Assembly: GCA_964019335.1 (NCBI GenBank)
Contig: OZ025726.1
Span: 310,001-374,000 of the forward strand
DNA length: 64,000 nt
Reading direction: 5' to 3'
Source of the DNA: Diplonema japonicum
Taxonomy: Eukaryota; Protista; Euglenozoa: Diplonemea
Each line of letters begins with the position of its first letter. Position 1 is the stretch's first letter. Under the pieces are notes generated by a model. It made no database searches, was not told the origin of the DNA, and was given only the letters and a program-made list of their open reading frames with translations. This document shows positions 21,882 to 34,635 of this stretch, piece after piece. Position numbers and translations under genes: made by a program.

Positions 21882-22033
21882 AGCAGTAAAAGCAGTGAAG
21901 AGTGAGTGACTCAAATGACGAAGATTGAAATAAAAACTTGTTGCCAAATGAGCTATTATTTAATATTCGTTACCGTTTTTTTTGCACTCGACTCGAATTA
22001 AATAATGACTCATAATTTGTTGGCAATAAATAG
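21553..22033. mobile_element. Non-autonomous element with an inverted-repeat pair plus terminal hairpin (Crypton-like architecture)
   Basis: TCTTCGTCATTTTCTTCACTCACT vs AGTGAGTGACTCAAATGACGAAGA, then hairpin TTGTTGCCAA..TATTATTTAAT / ATTAAATAAT..TTGGCAATAA. A related copy lies at 30791-31011. Confidence 0.55.
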
Positions 22034-22415
22034 TTATTCCCCCCCCCCCCCCCCCCCCCCCCCCGGGAAGTGGAATTCGAGAACTTCTGAGCTCTGGGGG
22101 TTGTTCTAGAATCTGTTCTTTCCTCCCCCCCAAAATAAAAAAAAAAAGAAGAAAATAAATGACTACTGGGTCCGCAATTTCACACAAAACAAGTGAAACG
22201 GGACAAAAGGGAAGGAGACGAGGCAATAGAAACACATTTTTTTCCCCTCCTTCTTTTTCTCTTTGTTTTCTTTTTTCTTTTTTTTTTCCCCTCCCTCTCT
22301 CTTTTGAACTTTACGTTCTGTCTGTATCCTTTTGATTTTAAAGCTCTTTTTTTTCCTCTTCTTCTTCTTCTCTTTTCCCCATTTCAAGAAAGGGAAAGAA
22401 GAGAGGGGAAAAGGG

Positions 22416-22449
<34 letters not shown>

Positions 22450-23442
22450 AAACAAACAAACAAAAACAAAAAAAAAAAGTTAACTAAAAATCGATACGAA
22501 GGGATAGGGGTGAAGTACCCTCTGCGTTCTTTCCCCCCTTCTATCCCTGTAAAAAAGAGAAGAAGAAAAAAAAATCCCCGATGGCAGGTGCCCCCGATTT
22601 TTTTTTTTTTTTTCCAAGAGACAGAACTATCAAAGAAAAGTGCCAAAATAAATGCCTGTATTCAGTACCCTGAGATGTGAGGTTACTGTGTTTCATTAAC
22701 CCCCAGCCTCGGGCTGACAAGGTAAAGAGGAAAGAAAAAAAAAAAAAAAAAAAAAAGAAAAAGGATGCAAAAGAATGAAGATGGACGTGAGTGGAACATA
22801 AAGAGAGAAAAAAAAAAGAAAAACTTTTTTTGCGGGGAGAGGCATATTTACTTCAAATCAAGAAAGATATGAGAGGGATGGGCGGGATGGGGGTCCTTCC
22901 TTGCTTTTTTCATCTTTTATTTTATTTTATTTTTTTTTTCATTCCTTCTTTCCCGATTCATATCAATAAAAAAAACTGCAAAAAAGCAAAGAAGGTAAGG
23001 GTAGTGACGATAAATCGAGGAGAGTGGGAAGAGAACAATAAGGTTGACTGACACTACAATGAAAATGAAAAAAAAAAACTCATTGTTGGGACAAAAAAAA
23101 ACCGGTGGAAGGCCTCCCCCCTTTTTTTTTTTCTTCACCCCTTTCATTTTGACACCGTCATCATGGCTTTCTTATTGATAATCAAAAAGAAAGAAAAAAA
23201 AAAACAAATACACAGTGCAACCCATTTTCACAAGCAAATATCCCTCGAGGGAAGGGATTTTTTTTTTTGTTTCTTCTTTGCTTTATTTTTTATGTCATGA
23301 TTTTTTTTTCCCCCCTTCTTTCACCCAAGAAAAAGTTGAGTATGGGGAGGAGGGGAGGAGGGGAAGAGGGGGGGGGGAGAGATAAACTGTATGTAATGCA
23401 AAAAAAAAAAATTATCAACCGGAAAAAAAAAAAAAAAAAAAA

Positions 23443-24110
23443 CTATTTATTAAATGAAAATAAGATTGCATTATTTCACGCGTGGTGGCAGGGGGTTTAA
23501 CGAGAGAGGATCTTACTTCACGAGCGAAGCGAGTGTAGTAATAATTTCGAGTTAAACCCGCCACCACAAGTGAAATAATGCACTTATTTTCATTTAATAT
23601 GTTGTTTTATTTAATAAGAGCCGGGTTTGAAAGAGTGGGAGGTTACAGGCGCAGGGCACAGGTTACCAGAAGAAATCAAAACTGAGAGGCAGCAAAAAAA
23701 GGTTGGGTATTACAAGCTACAAGGGATTTCAAGTCACCAGTTCTCGTTAGTCATAACATTAATGTTGATGTCGAGGCTTATCCTGTGCATCGCTACCGCC
23801 GGAACCATCTGAGGTTGCATGGTGGATGCGGGGGCTCACTGCAGAATCTTGATTCTGGGATGGGTTGAGCAGACTGACTAGCACCCCCTGAGACGTGTAA
23901 TCCTCCCCATCGCCTTAGGCTTTCTTCCCATAGTTTTCTGTGTTTCTAGGGAGTTTGGCTTAAAATGACATAATGTAACATCCTGTACATTATGTCACTC
24001 CTGGGCCTTATTTCTCTATAAGCTGGGAGTGAATATAATGTTGAGCGTGATATAAAGTGAAATATTATTTTCACTCCCACCCTTGAAAACCCGGCTCGAA
24101 TTAAATAATA
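23443..24110. mobile_element. Non-autonomous element: terminal ~150-bp hairpin followed by an inverted-repeat-bounded segment
   Basis: ATTAAATGAAAATAAG..TGCATTATTTCAC..GTGGTGGC vs GCCACCAC..GTGAAATAATGCA.CTTATTTTCATTTAAT, with loop CGAGCGAAGCGAG. GAGCCGGGTTT..GTGGGAG vs CTCCCAC..AAACCCGGCTC. Confidence 0.55.
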
Positions 24111-24795
24111 AAAAAAAAAAAAATCAGCATCCAATAAAAAATGGGCCGACCTTTGGAGAGAGGAATCGGTATGGGGTGTGGGTATGGCTCGGGTGTCAAG
24201 AATTCCTCCCCCGGGGGCGTGTGTGTAAAAGTTAATTCGGGTAAATATTTTTTTTTTTTTTTGAATCATTTATCTATGCATTACAGTAGTCTAAATAAAG
24301 AGAAAAAAAAAGGGGGGAGGAGGGGAAAAAATGATACCTGCGTGTGTCTCTGTTCAGTTGTGTTCTTTCACCTTCTTTTTTTTTTTTGAATAAAAAAGAA
24401 AATGAAGCATCTAAAAAATTAAAAAAAAAAAACAAGAAAGTAAAGAAAAAAAAATGCACAAGGACGATGTCGGTGACAATAGAGAATTCTTTCTTTTTTT
24501 TATTTGTCTTCGCCATTTCCCCCCCCCCCCTTTTTTCTTTCTTTTTTTACCCCCCCCATAGTTTTTGTTTATTTCACTCTTCTGAGATTTACGTTCACAA
24601 TGCGGCCTAGATTCAGCCCCCAAGAAACCTGAGGGAAAGGTCTTTTGTACCCCCTAGCAGTGAAGTAATTCAGAGTTTCGTGAAAAAAAAAAATTGGAAA
24701 ATACCTACCCAATAAGTTATAACTTAGCCGTGTTCGCAAGTATTGGTTTGTTTTTTTTTTGTTTTTTTTTTCTTTTTCTTTGCAAAAAATGAGAC

Positions 24796-24966
24796 ATATG
24801 GGGGAATTTTTAAATAGGGGTCAAAATTCGACCTCTCGCCCTTGCTGCCTTTACGATGTTCGTATGCCTATGGCCCGCCCTCTGTCTGTGTGAGCAAGAT
24901 TCGTATAAAGTGGAAGATTTCCACCTGTGGTTGTTCCCCGAAAACTATTTAGAAATTAGCCCATAT
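24796..24966. mobile_element. Short MITE with 22-bp imperfect TIR beginning ATATGGG
   Basis: ATATGGGGGAATTTTTAAATAG vs CTATTTAGAAATTAGCCCATAT. Confidence 0.5.
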
Positions 24967-27900
24967 AAAGGATAAAAAAAAAAAAAAAAAAAGGAGGGGA
25001 AGAAAGGGTCAATGGTCACAGAAAGTGTATTCTAGCAGTCATTGCATTACCCCCCCCCCTCTTTTTCTTCTTCTTCTTCCTCACGAATCCTAATTCTCTT
25101 CTTTTGTTCTTGTTTTTTTTTTGTTTTTTTTCCTTCCTTCTTTTTTTTTTGAGGGGTGGGGGAAGTGAAGAGTTTTATGTTCTCTTCATTCCGTTCTTTG
25201 TCTTCGGGGGTGGAAAAAGTAGGGGAAATAGTTTTTTTTTTTTTTTTTAGAGTCAAATTAAAAAGAAAAAAGATTGGGGAGGCGGTCAGCTTGTGGTAAA
25301 GCTAGTGTGTGTTTTTTTTTTTTTTTTTTTTTCCAATGTGGGGAGAGAGAGAGAGGGAGAGTAACTAAAGGTAGCAATATGTATAGTATAAATAAAGTGG
25401 ATTTGTTGCGAAAAAAAAAACGTTTTTTTATTCCTTCCCCCCCCCCCCCCGTGCAAGACGACAACAAATAAAAAAAGAGGACATAAAGAGAGGGAAAGAG
25501 AATAAAAAAAGAAATATAGAAAAAAATAAATAATAAAACGCCGACGTTTATATCCCCCCCCCCCCCCCCCTCTTCCTTTTATTCTTAAAACTGGTGAATC
25601 ACCATACATATTTTGCGGCATTTTACTTTCGCAGTACTAATTAAAAAAAAAAAAAAAAGAAAAAGAAAAAACAACTCTCTTTAAAAGTGGTTTAAAGAAA
25701 GTGTTAAAGCGACAAGAAAAGCTCAAGAACAAAACGGCGAAACATTGGTGCCTTCCCAACTCCTGCTAGTTCGCCGTTTGAAGGATTTTTTTTTTTTTTT
25801 TAGAGACCGGAAGTAATAAAAGAAAAACGTCTTCACGATGAGTCAATAACAAGCCCAGGTTCAGCCCCCAGTCGAACGGTCAAGGTGAAGTCATGCACAA
25901 CTCTATCCAAGTACGGAGGTCAGAATAAAAAAAAAAATTAAAAAAAAAATTAAAAAAAAAAACTCAAAGTAATTATGAGTCACTACTTGTTGGCAGTTAA
26001 ACAGTTTTTTTCTTTGTGATAAGAAAGATTTCGGTCTCTAAAAAAAAATAAAAGAAAAAAAAAGAAAAAATTTTTCCTCTCTTCCTGTTGCTGACTAAAA
26101 TGAAGAAAATAAGGGAGGGGGGGGGGGATGAGTGAATACAAGGAGATTGGGCCAAAAAGTGAACGGAGGGGAGGGGGGGGGGAAGAAAATTATAGCATTT
26201 TCATTGTATGCCCCCCCCCCCCCCCCCCCTCTTTTCCCGTTTTCCTTTTTTTGTATCACCTCTTTTGTTCTTTATTTTTTGTTATGTAAGTCTGCCCTAT
26301 TACCACCACTCCTGCCTTTTTTTTTTTTTTTTTTTTTTTTCCCCGATTTCTCACATTTTTTTTTGAACACCATAAGGCCAGGAAGGGGCAAAAAAGGGTA
26401 GATAAAAACTAAAATCGAAGCGAAAAAGAAAAAAAAAGTCATCAAGTCACACCAGGTAAGAGGGAATTTACAAAAGGGGAGGGGGGGAGAGCGGAGGAGA
26501 AAACAGGGGAGGGGGGGAAGAGGGAAAAAAAACTAACTCTTTTTTATTAATTATTATTGACATTACCTTGTTAATACAAAGAAGAAGAAAAAAGAAAAAA
26601 GAAAAGGTCCCCTCGTGTTACAAATCTCTGACATGTTTTTTTTTTTTTTTTTAAATTCCACCTCCTCTTGGTCTAGCCAGACTGACCCCACCCAGCTGGG
26701 CTGTGTGGAGCCAACGGAAGTTTGTTGAGACGTTCGTGCTTTCGTGTCGGTCATGTAATGGTTTTTTTTTTTTTTTTTTCCATGAGTTATTTTTTCTTCT
26801 TTCTTTTTTCCCTCTTTATTTGTTCTTCTCTTTTTTTTTTTTGAGGAATAAAATAATTTGATTAATAATCTTGCTTCTGTGTAGTGGCTTTTTTTTTTTT
26901 TTTTTTTCGAAGTTGTATTTATCCCCCCATTTCAAGTTGGGGAAAATAACATCAAAATCCAGCTGGTTCTTAAGTATTTTTCTTCTTCTCCCCCCCCCCC
27001 TTTTTTTTTACTTGTGCAATTGCAATGTCTTTGGTTGAATTTCTTTTCTCCAAAAACTTAAAAGAGAAAAAAAGGTGGGAGAGTGATTGGGGGGGGAATA
27101 ACGAGATAAAATGGAGGCCAGGGCCAGTCTTTAAGCACCGACCCTGCCGCAATTTAGTTCCTTTGTTTGTAGCAACTGCTATTTTTCTATTTTTTTTTAA
27201 AAAAAAAACTTGGGAGGGTTCACCCCTTTCCCCCCCCCCTCTTTTTTTTCTTTTTCTTGTTTCTTCTTTTCTTTTTTTTTTTTTTATTTCCTTCCAAAAA
27301 AAAAAAAAAAAAGAATTAAATAGAAGCTGAGTTCGTGTTCTGCCAGCTGCCCAAAGGAACAAAAAGTTTTTCTTCTTCTTCTTCTTCATTTGTTCTCCCT
27401 CTTTTCTTCTACATTTTTTTTTTTTTTTTGAAATTGTCAGTTCACTATATCCATCACGGGGGAAACGTGACGGTGGGGTAGGGGGATTTTCTTGGGAGGG
27501 GGGGGGGGGGGGGCACGAACTTTTACAAGTATCTTCTCCAGGTACTGTATCAGATTTCCATTTTCCCCCCCCCCCCAAAGCTGTGAACTGACGATGTTCT
27601 TCTCCCCCCCCCCCCCCCGTGACCATCAGCAGCCATCTATTTTCTCTTAAAGAAGAAAGACCATGTTGTCGGGGGGGGGATAAAAAAATTTGCTTTTTTT
27701 TTCCCTTCTTTGATACAGCATGCTCTCTGTTCTTAAAAAAAAGGGGGGGTGGGGAGTGGGGAGGGGGGGGGGGGAACATTTTCTTGGGAGTGTCTACATG
27801 CACCACTAATAAAAAAAAAAAACTTTTTTTTGCAGTTTAAATTAAGGCGAAGGTGAGAGTAGAAAGGTATGTCTCATCTTCTCTTTCAGGCACAATTGGA

Positions 27901-28665
27901 CGGTGGTTGGAAATTGCGCCTTTTTCTTCTTCTTTTTTTTTTTTTTTTTTTTTTTTTGAACAAAAAAAAAAAAAAAAAAAAAGAGAGAAAAAAAAAAGAG
28001 AAAAAAAAAAAAGAGTAGAGGCAGCCTTGTCCGTTTATCCCTACTGTGGGTAAAAACTTGGCTTGCACAAACAATCAGCCAACTCCTTTTTTTTTTTCTT
28101 TTTGTGTGTTTAAAAAAAAAAAAAAAGGACAAAAGAAAGAGTAAGGTTTCACCCCTCCCATCTTCTTTTCTCTTCGTTTTGCCCTCTTTTTTTTTCTTTA
28201 TTTGACATAAAAAATGGGGGGGGGAGGGCAAGAAGTGAGCGGTAAGCCGTGATGTAGTTAAAGCTAATTTTAAACCTAAGTTTTTCTTTTTTTTTCTTTT
28301 TTTTTCTCATTTTTATTTTTTTTATTTCCCTCCCAAGGTATTTCTTTTGTTTGAAAGCCCCGAGAAATTTATTTATTTCCTCATGTTTTCTTTTAGAACC
28401 TTACAATGGGAAAAAAAAAAAATTGCACCTAAAGGCCAACGGCATCAAAGCAGACAGGTTTCGATAATGAGAGCCAATAGACAACATTTTACCAGCTAGT
28501 AATTTATGCGCAAAAAGGTAGGCAGGACGGAACTTCGATTTTGTGTTCACATTTTTTTTTTTTTTTTTTTTGAGCCTTCGCAAAAATCTCCAGGTAAAAA
28601 AAAAAAAAAAAAAAAAATGCACTGCCAGTTGTCAGGAAATAAAAAAAAATAAAATAAAAATATAG

Positions 28666-29031
28666 GATTTATTAAAGTTAAAAAGTGAACTTTATTCTTC
28701 CCTTCGGCTGATATGCTATCCCTCGGGGCAGCCTCTGGAAATAAAGTTCACCTTATTTATTTAAAAATCGAGTTTTTTTTTTTTTTTTTAAATATGAGCT
28801 CGTCCGGACTAAAATGTCCTTGTTTTGATTATTTGAGCAATTTGAGAAATCGGCGGAAAATGTTTAAAAATACAATTTTATTGCTTAAAATGCAGCAATC
28901 TAGGGTGCCAAAGAGTGGTGATCGATGTTTAACCGCATTTTGACCTATATGGTGATCAACCTTAGACCGCATTTCTGCACAAGTGGTGTCGGGCTACTTT
29001 TCTTTTTCCGGACGAGCTCATAGATATATAA
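28666..29031. mobile_element. Non-autonomous element: terminal hairpin plus inverted-repeat pair
   Basis: GTGAACTTTATT (28685) / AATAAAGTTCAC (28740-28751); TATGAGCTCGTCCGGA (28793-28808) / TCCGGACGAGCTCATA (29007-29022). Confidence 0.5.
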
Positions 29032-29239
29032 TTTTTTTTTTTTTACCGCTTTCACTGGAGCCTACGTATCGGCACGGCCAGAAGCTATACATGCAAACCT
29101 GTAATGTTACCTTGTTTTTTTTTTTTTTTTTTTTTCGTGTCAGAAAAAAAAAATCTATTTTTCACATCAGCGGGGGGGAAATTCCTTCATTCTTCTCCCC
29201 CCCCGGTAAAAAAAGTTTTCTTCTCATTATGTGTCAACA

Positions 29240-29282
<43 letters not shown>

Positions 29283-29850
29283 AGATGTCTTTGAAGGGAA
29301 CCTGCAGTATGTGACAGGATCGCCTAAAAAAAAAAGAAAAAGAAAAAGAAAAGAAAGAAAAAAAGTTGAAATTCGCATTGCAGAGTGGGAAAAAGGGAGG
29401 AGAAAGCAAAAAAAAAAGGGGGGGGAGAAAACAAAAAAAGGAACCAAGCGGGAGAACAAGAGAGCTCTCCCCTTTCAATCTTGGCAACTTTGGGGACTGG
29501 ACTTCTGTAGTCCATTTTTTTTAAAATTTTTTTTAAACAGAGGGGGAGGGGGAAAGTGACCCTCTTGTCTTTGGGGTGTGTGGGGCACAAGAAAACGAAA
29601 AAGTAAATATGTGGGGGAAACAAAAAAAAAAAGAACAAAGAGCTTATTTAATCTCAAAGAGCGCCAAGAAGACAAAAGGATGGGGGGGTGCACAAAGGCC
29701 CCCCTCCCTCCCCTTCTTTCTTCCCGCGTTGTTCATGAAAATTAGGAAGCGAGAAAACAAAAAGAAAAGTGAACTGTTCTAAGATAATTCTTAACTGTGA
29801 TATGGCAGCCGTGCAAGAATTTCTTCTACCACCAACACCATAAACAATAT

Positions 29851-30045
29851 AAAATTCACTATGATAGGAAGTGGTTAGCAACGGCCCGCCATAAAAAAAA
29901 AAGGGGGAAACAAAAAAAAAAAAAACAAAACAAAACAGAAGAAAGAAAATTTTATTCTTTTTTTTTTTTTTTTTTTTTTAGAACGCACCGTTTCGAAGGG
30001 AAGAGAGAAAAGAGAGAAATATTATCTATTATTATTATTATTGTT

Positions 30046-30078
<33 letters not shown>

Positions 30079-31467
30079 GTGCCCGGTGGGGTGTCTAGCA
30101 CAGAGTGTTGAAAAAATTTGATTTCTAAATACCGGATAAAAGAAAAAAGACAGCCAACAACCTGAGAACTTAAATTTTTTTTTTAATTTTTTTTTTCTGC
30201 AAGGCGTACTGAGGATCGGACAAACGAAAAGAAAAAAAAAAGAAGAAAAAAAAAGCCGGATCAAAAAAAATGCAAGGTTCGTCCTACAAGGGGCAAAAGC
30301 GGTTGTAAGCGTGCACCACTGGTAGATTTTTGTTATTTCTTACTCGGCACAAAAAAAAAAATCTTTTTTTACAAAGTTTATGATCATTTTGCTTTAATTT
30401 GATTTGAATTTAAAACAAACAAAAAAAAAAAAAACGATAAAAAGTGCGACTTAACACAACAAGGGCAAAATAAAAGGGATTACTTTCATTTTTTTTTTTC
30501 TCTCTCTCTTTCCTTCTTTATACAAATGCAGGGGAGGGGAATATATCATGGAAGTTAAAACTTAATATCTTTTTTTCTTAAAGGCCGCAAACAAAACAAA
30601 ACAAAAAAAAAGGAAATAATCTCAACTCCCTTGTTTCGAGGGTAAACCATCCCAATAGCAAGCTTATTTCTAGATATGGCTACGACAGGGAAGAGAGGGG
30701 GTGGGTGGGGTGGGGTGCACCCATTGCAATGAGCCTGGAAAAAAAAGAGGGAAAAAAAAAGAAAGAAATGCTTTTTTTTTAATTTTTTTTTATTTCACTC
30801 TTCGTCATTTTCTTCACTCACTAGGGGCCTCATAATTTAACGCGAAACGGCCATAATTTAACGCGAAATCGTCATAATTTAACTAGTTAAATTATGAGAT
30901 TTTGCAGTTAAATTATGGGGCTTCAGAGAAAAAATGGGTCTGCGGGCCCGAGTGCAAAAAATTCGGGAACTCGAGTTAAATAATGACTCATAATTTGTTG
31001 GCAATAAATAGCTGGGGGTCATTTTTTTTTTTTTTTTTTTTATTTACTTCCGAACTGCTTACTCTTGAAACCCATAATCAATAATTCTGCATCTTAACAG
31101 GGAAAGCGAAGGTTGACACTTTATCAGATATTTCAGACCAGGGGCGCCTGCTGAGAGGCTTTTAGCCTAGCACGAGAAAGAGCTCTTCCCTGCCGGAGCT
31201 GGACACAAAATTTCATCCGAAAGCCCAGATTTTGTCAGTAAATAAATAAAAATGTATTTATGATAAAAATCACTTGCAAAGGAAAAAAAAAATCAGATAA
31301 TCTGATTTTTTTTTCTTCACTCCCCCCCCCCTTTTTTTTTCCTTCTCTTTCTCGCAATTGGTTATATATTACGATTCAAGACGGGGGGAGTGGGAGGCCA
31401 TTCAGGGGAAAAAAAAAAATAAAAAATTCACTATGATAGGAACGAAGTGGTTAGCAACGGCCCACCA
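29851..31467. repeat. Dispersed ~41-45-bp direct repeat pair (29851-29891 and 31423-31467)
   Basis: AAAATTCACTATGATAGGAA[CGAA]GTGGTTAGCAACGGCCC(G/A)CCA occurs twice. Confidence 0.7.
30791..31011. mobile_element. Internally deleted relative of the 21553-22033 element
   Basis: Shares TCTTCGTCATTTTCTTCACTCACTAGGGG..CAT(A/T)ATTTAACGCGAAA and the end TTAAATAATGACTCATAATTTGTTGGCAATAAATAG. Confidence 0.65.
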
Positions 31468-33268
31468 AAAAAAAAAGAGCCCCCACCCACCCTTCCGTTA
31501 AAAGAGAAGGAGAGGAACGGCGTCCCCACATTCCTGAAAATACATGTAAAAAAAGGGGGGGGGGACGAAAGTAACTAGTGCTCTGTGGTCTCTTCTGTAG
31601 CAACAAAATAAGAATAAGGAAAAGAGACAAAACCAGGGTGGGGGGGGGGGGTAAATTGTTTTCTTAAGGCGAGGACTTAGCGTTGCTGTCGGTACCTGGG
31701 AAAGCACTACTCATTGGGAGTTGTACCAAAAATGAAAATCAGCAACAATAAAAGTTTTGAGTCCTGTAGGTGATACAGATAAAACGGGAAAAAAAATGGG
31801 GGTGGTGAAGGGAGGGAACACAGAACATATATATATATATTTATTTTTTTTGCCGTTCTTAAACATGTCATTATGATTCTGCAAAAAAAAAGAGACATTT
31901 AGAAAAAAAGGCAGACGGTTCATGTTAATTGATTTGATAGTATTTTTTTTTTTTTTTTTTTTTTCCCTTCCTATTTTTGAAAACCCTAATAGAAAAAAAA
32001 AGAAACAAAGGGGTGGAGTAAATGAAAATTATTTCACTTCCCCCCCCTCTTTTTTTTCCCTCTTTCTTTTCTTTTAGAAAATTTTCACGTTCCGTTTTTG
32101 CAAAGTTTTTTTTTCTTCTTTTTTTTTTTTTTTTTTTCTAGCAGCCAAAGATAAAAAAAAGAACCAAAACTTAAAAAAAAAAAGAAAGAAAAAAAAAGAG
32201 GGAAAAACAAAAAAAAAGGAGATACACGGCAGGGAGGGATATCAACTTCTAAATACATATGCAAGTTATGGATAAAGGACTTTGATTTTGTTAAACTTTT
32301 TAAATAAAACTTAATAGCATAGGCCACTTAAAGTTTGGTCATCAGCCTGCTCATTTTAATCATTGAATCCCTCTCCTCTCTGTTTTTCCTCCGAGGTAAG
32401 CAAGCCTCTTTTCTTTTTTTACTTTCCCCTTTTTTATTTTTATTATTTTTTTTTTTTTTTAAAGTTGGATTCTTTTTTTTTCTAAGAAAGAAATTCTTGG
32501 CTTTTTTTTTAAATTTTTGTTGAAGGGGCATAAAGTACAGACAGGCAAATCAAAGTTAAATAGAATGAAGGGGGGAAAAGAAAAAAAAAAACATTCATAG
32601 ATCTCATGAGCGATGAAAGGAAAGAACAAGAGGGCCTTGGCAGGGGGGGGGTTCTTTTTTTTCTAAAGAAAAATAATAAGAGTGGGAACAAAGAAACAAA
32701 AGAGGTAACTCTCTCTCTTAGAAAATTATATGGAAAAAAAAAAAAAAAAACTTTCCCTCATTCTTTGGATCATCTTTTTGTAACCCCCATTCTTTTTTCC
32801 GTCTCCTCCTTGTAAAACGACACCCGTTTCCTTTGTTTCTCCTATTTTTTTTTTTTAACTTTTCTTTTTTTTTTTCTCTTTCTCACCCGACTCTCTCCTG
32901 CTCCCTCTGTTCCGCAGCAGGAAAAAACTTTCGTTCGCTCCACATTCCCTTTCTCCTCCCCCCTCTCTTAATTGCCAGAAGGGGAGAGAAAAAAAAAAGG
33001 GGGAGAGGAGATAGGTTGAGGTACTTATATTCAGAAAAAAGAAGAGAAAAAGGAGAAAAAATAAAAGGAAGGGAGGAAGTAGCAAGAAAAGAGGAAAAAA
33101 AAAGGGGGGGAGGGAGAACATAAAAGATGCTAGATATGAGGGGTTTGCGGGTTTGCACCCAGCTCTGCAAAATTGGTGGTGGGGGGAAGAAAAAAAAAAA
33201 TGCGAATTTCAAAATTTCTTCTTTTCTTTTTTTTTTCTTCTTTTTTTTTTTTCTGAGAAAAACCACAA

Positions 33269-33530
33269 ACACGGCAACCGGAAAATTTTCCCACCATTCA
33301 AACCAACCTGTGGTTTCATATTTCCACCAAACTTGATACCCTAATTCCGATTTCCACCGAACGCGGTCATCCAATTTCATTTTTACACTGGATTTCAAAA
33401 GTGGTTACCTGAAAACCGTTTTTGGTGGATATGAAATTGCAAGTTTCCGTGAATAACCAGGAAAATTACATTTTAACAGGGTAACACGAGTTTTTGGTGG
33501 AAAAAAAATCCAAAAACTCGCGTGTCGTGT
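33269..33530. mobile_element. Possible MITE remnant
   Basis: ACACGGCA ... TGTCGTGT ends; internal TTTCCACC/GGTGGA inverted motifs. Confidence 0.3.
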
Positions 33531-33626
33531 GTTGTAGTTTTTTTTTCTTTCCTTTTTTTTTTTTTCTTTCTCTCTCTCTTTTTCTTTTTTTTTTTTGTTG
33601 ACACAATTTTTTTTCACAAAAATTCC

Positions 33627-33666
<40 letters not shown>

Positions 33667-33727
33667 AAAGCTTCAGGTGGTACACATTCTTATTATTATT
33701 ATTATTATTTACCCCCTCCATTCTTCT

Positions 33728-34429
33728 TCATTGCTCTCGCACATCGTAAAACGTCTCCAAGGAAGAAGTGCTTCCAGCACTACCGAAAAAGTTCCCTTCA
33801 TCATCAGCCTCATCCTTCACAGCGAGGACCTTGTCAGCAGCACACCTCTCCATCAGGAACTCAGTTGTGTAGAACATAAGAACCTTGAATCTGTGCAGGG
33901 CGGCGACAGGGTCGGTGCAGATATTATGCTGCTGAAGGGTGAAGTTACGGTAGGCTGCTGTGTCAACACTCTTGATGTTCCCTTGGGACACCAAAGTGAT
34001 GAAAGCAGTAGAGGTTTCTGTGGTTTGTTGCAACAGGTTGATGACCAACTCTGCTTGGGTGAATTGGGTTTGAACTGAGACAGATGCCGAAGCCACGAGA
34101 GAGACCCGCTTGGTCACCTCTTTGAAGTTGTTTTTCATGTCTCTAACTACGCCGTCCTTTATTGCCACCCCCGCCTTAGCTGCCTCTTCCACGAAGGGCG
34201 CAAGGGGGCCCTCTCCCCTTATCACTTCCATCTCTACGCCACCCCCGGCCTCCTTTAGTACACCTTCGAATACCTTCACCGCCTGTTTCGTGCTCGCGAA
34301 CATATCCTTTATCAAGACATCGTCTTTGCTGTCCTTCACCTCCACCTCCGCTGTCTTCTCGGGCACTGCGGCGTGCACCTTGTTCTCGCTCATCCTCCGG
34401 ACGGACTCACTGCTTGTGCATTGTCCCAT
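33728..34429 (-). CDS. Hypothetical protein with predicted N-myristoylation/palmitoylation (MGQCTSS)
   Basis: 233-aa ORF with coding-like composition, ATG after an A-rich leader, and an MGxCxS motif. Confidence 0.7.
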   Translation of the reverse strand: MGQCTSSESVRRMSENKVHAAVPEKTAEVEVKDSKDDVLIKDMFASTKQAVKVFEGVLKEAGGGVEMEVIRGEGPLAPFVEEAAKAGVAIKDGVVRDMKNNFKEVTKRVSLVASASVSVQTQFTQAELVINLLQQTTETSTAFITLVSQGNIKSVDTAAYRNFTLQQHNICTDPVAALHRFKVLMFYTTEFLMERCAADKVLAVKDEADDEGNFFGSAGSTSSLETFYDVREQ

Positions 34430-34635
34430 TGTATTTATATATATTTTTTTTTATATATATTTCCTTTGATTTTTTTTTTCTTTTTTGAGTCGGGTAAAAA
34501 AAAGGAAAAAAAGAAAAGAAAAAAAAAGGGAAAGAAAAAGACGTTCTACAAAATTCGTATGCATGGGATGGGGGAAAGGACGTCAGGCTCAAGATTAAAA
34601 GTTACACACTAATCTATCACCTGCAAGAAAACAGT

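Noticed and set aside
20395-33700. Dozens of Lys/Phe/Gly/Pro-rich short ORFs
   Set aside because: They are translations of homopolymer runs, mostly with non-ATG starts.
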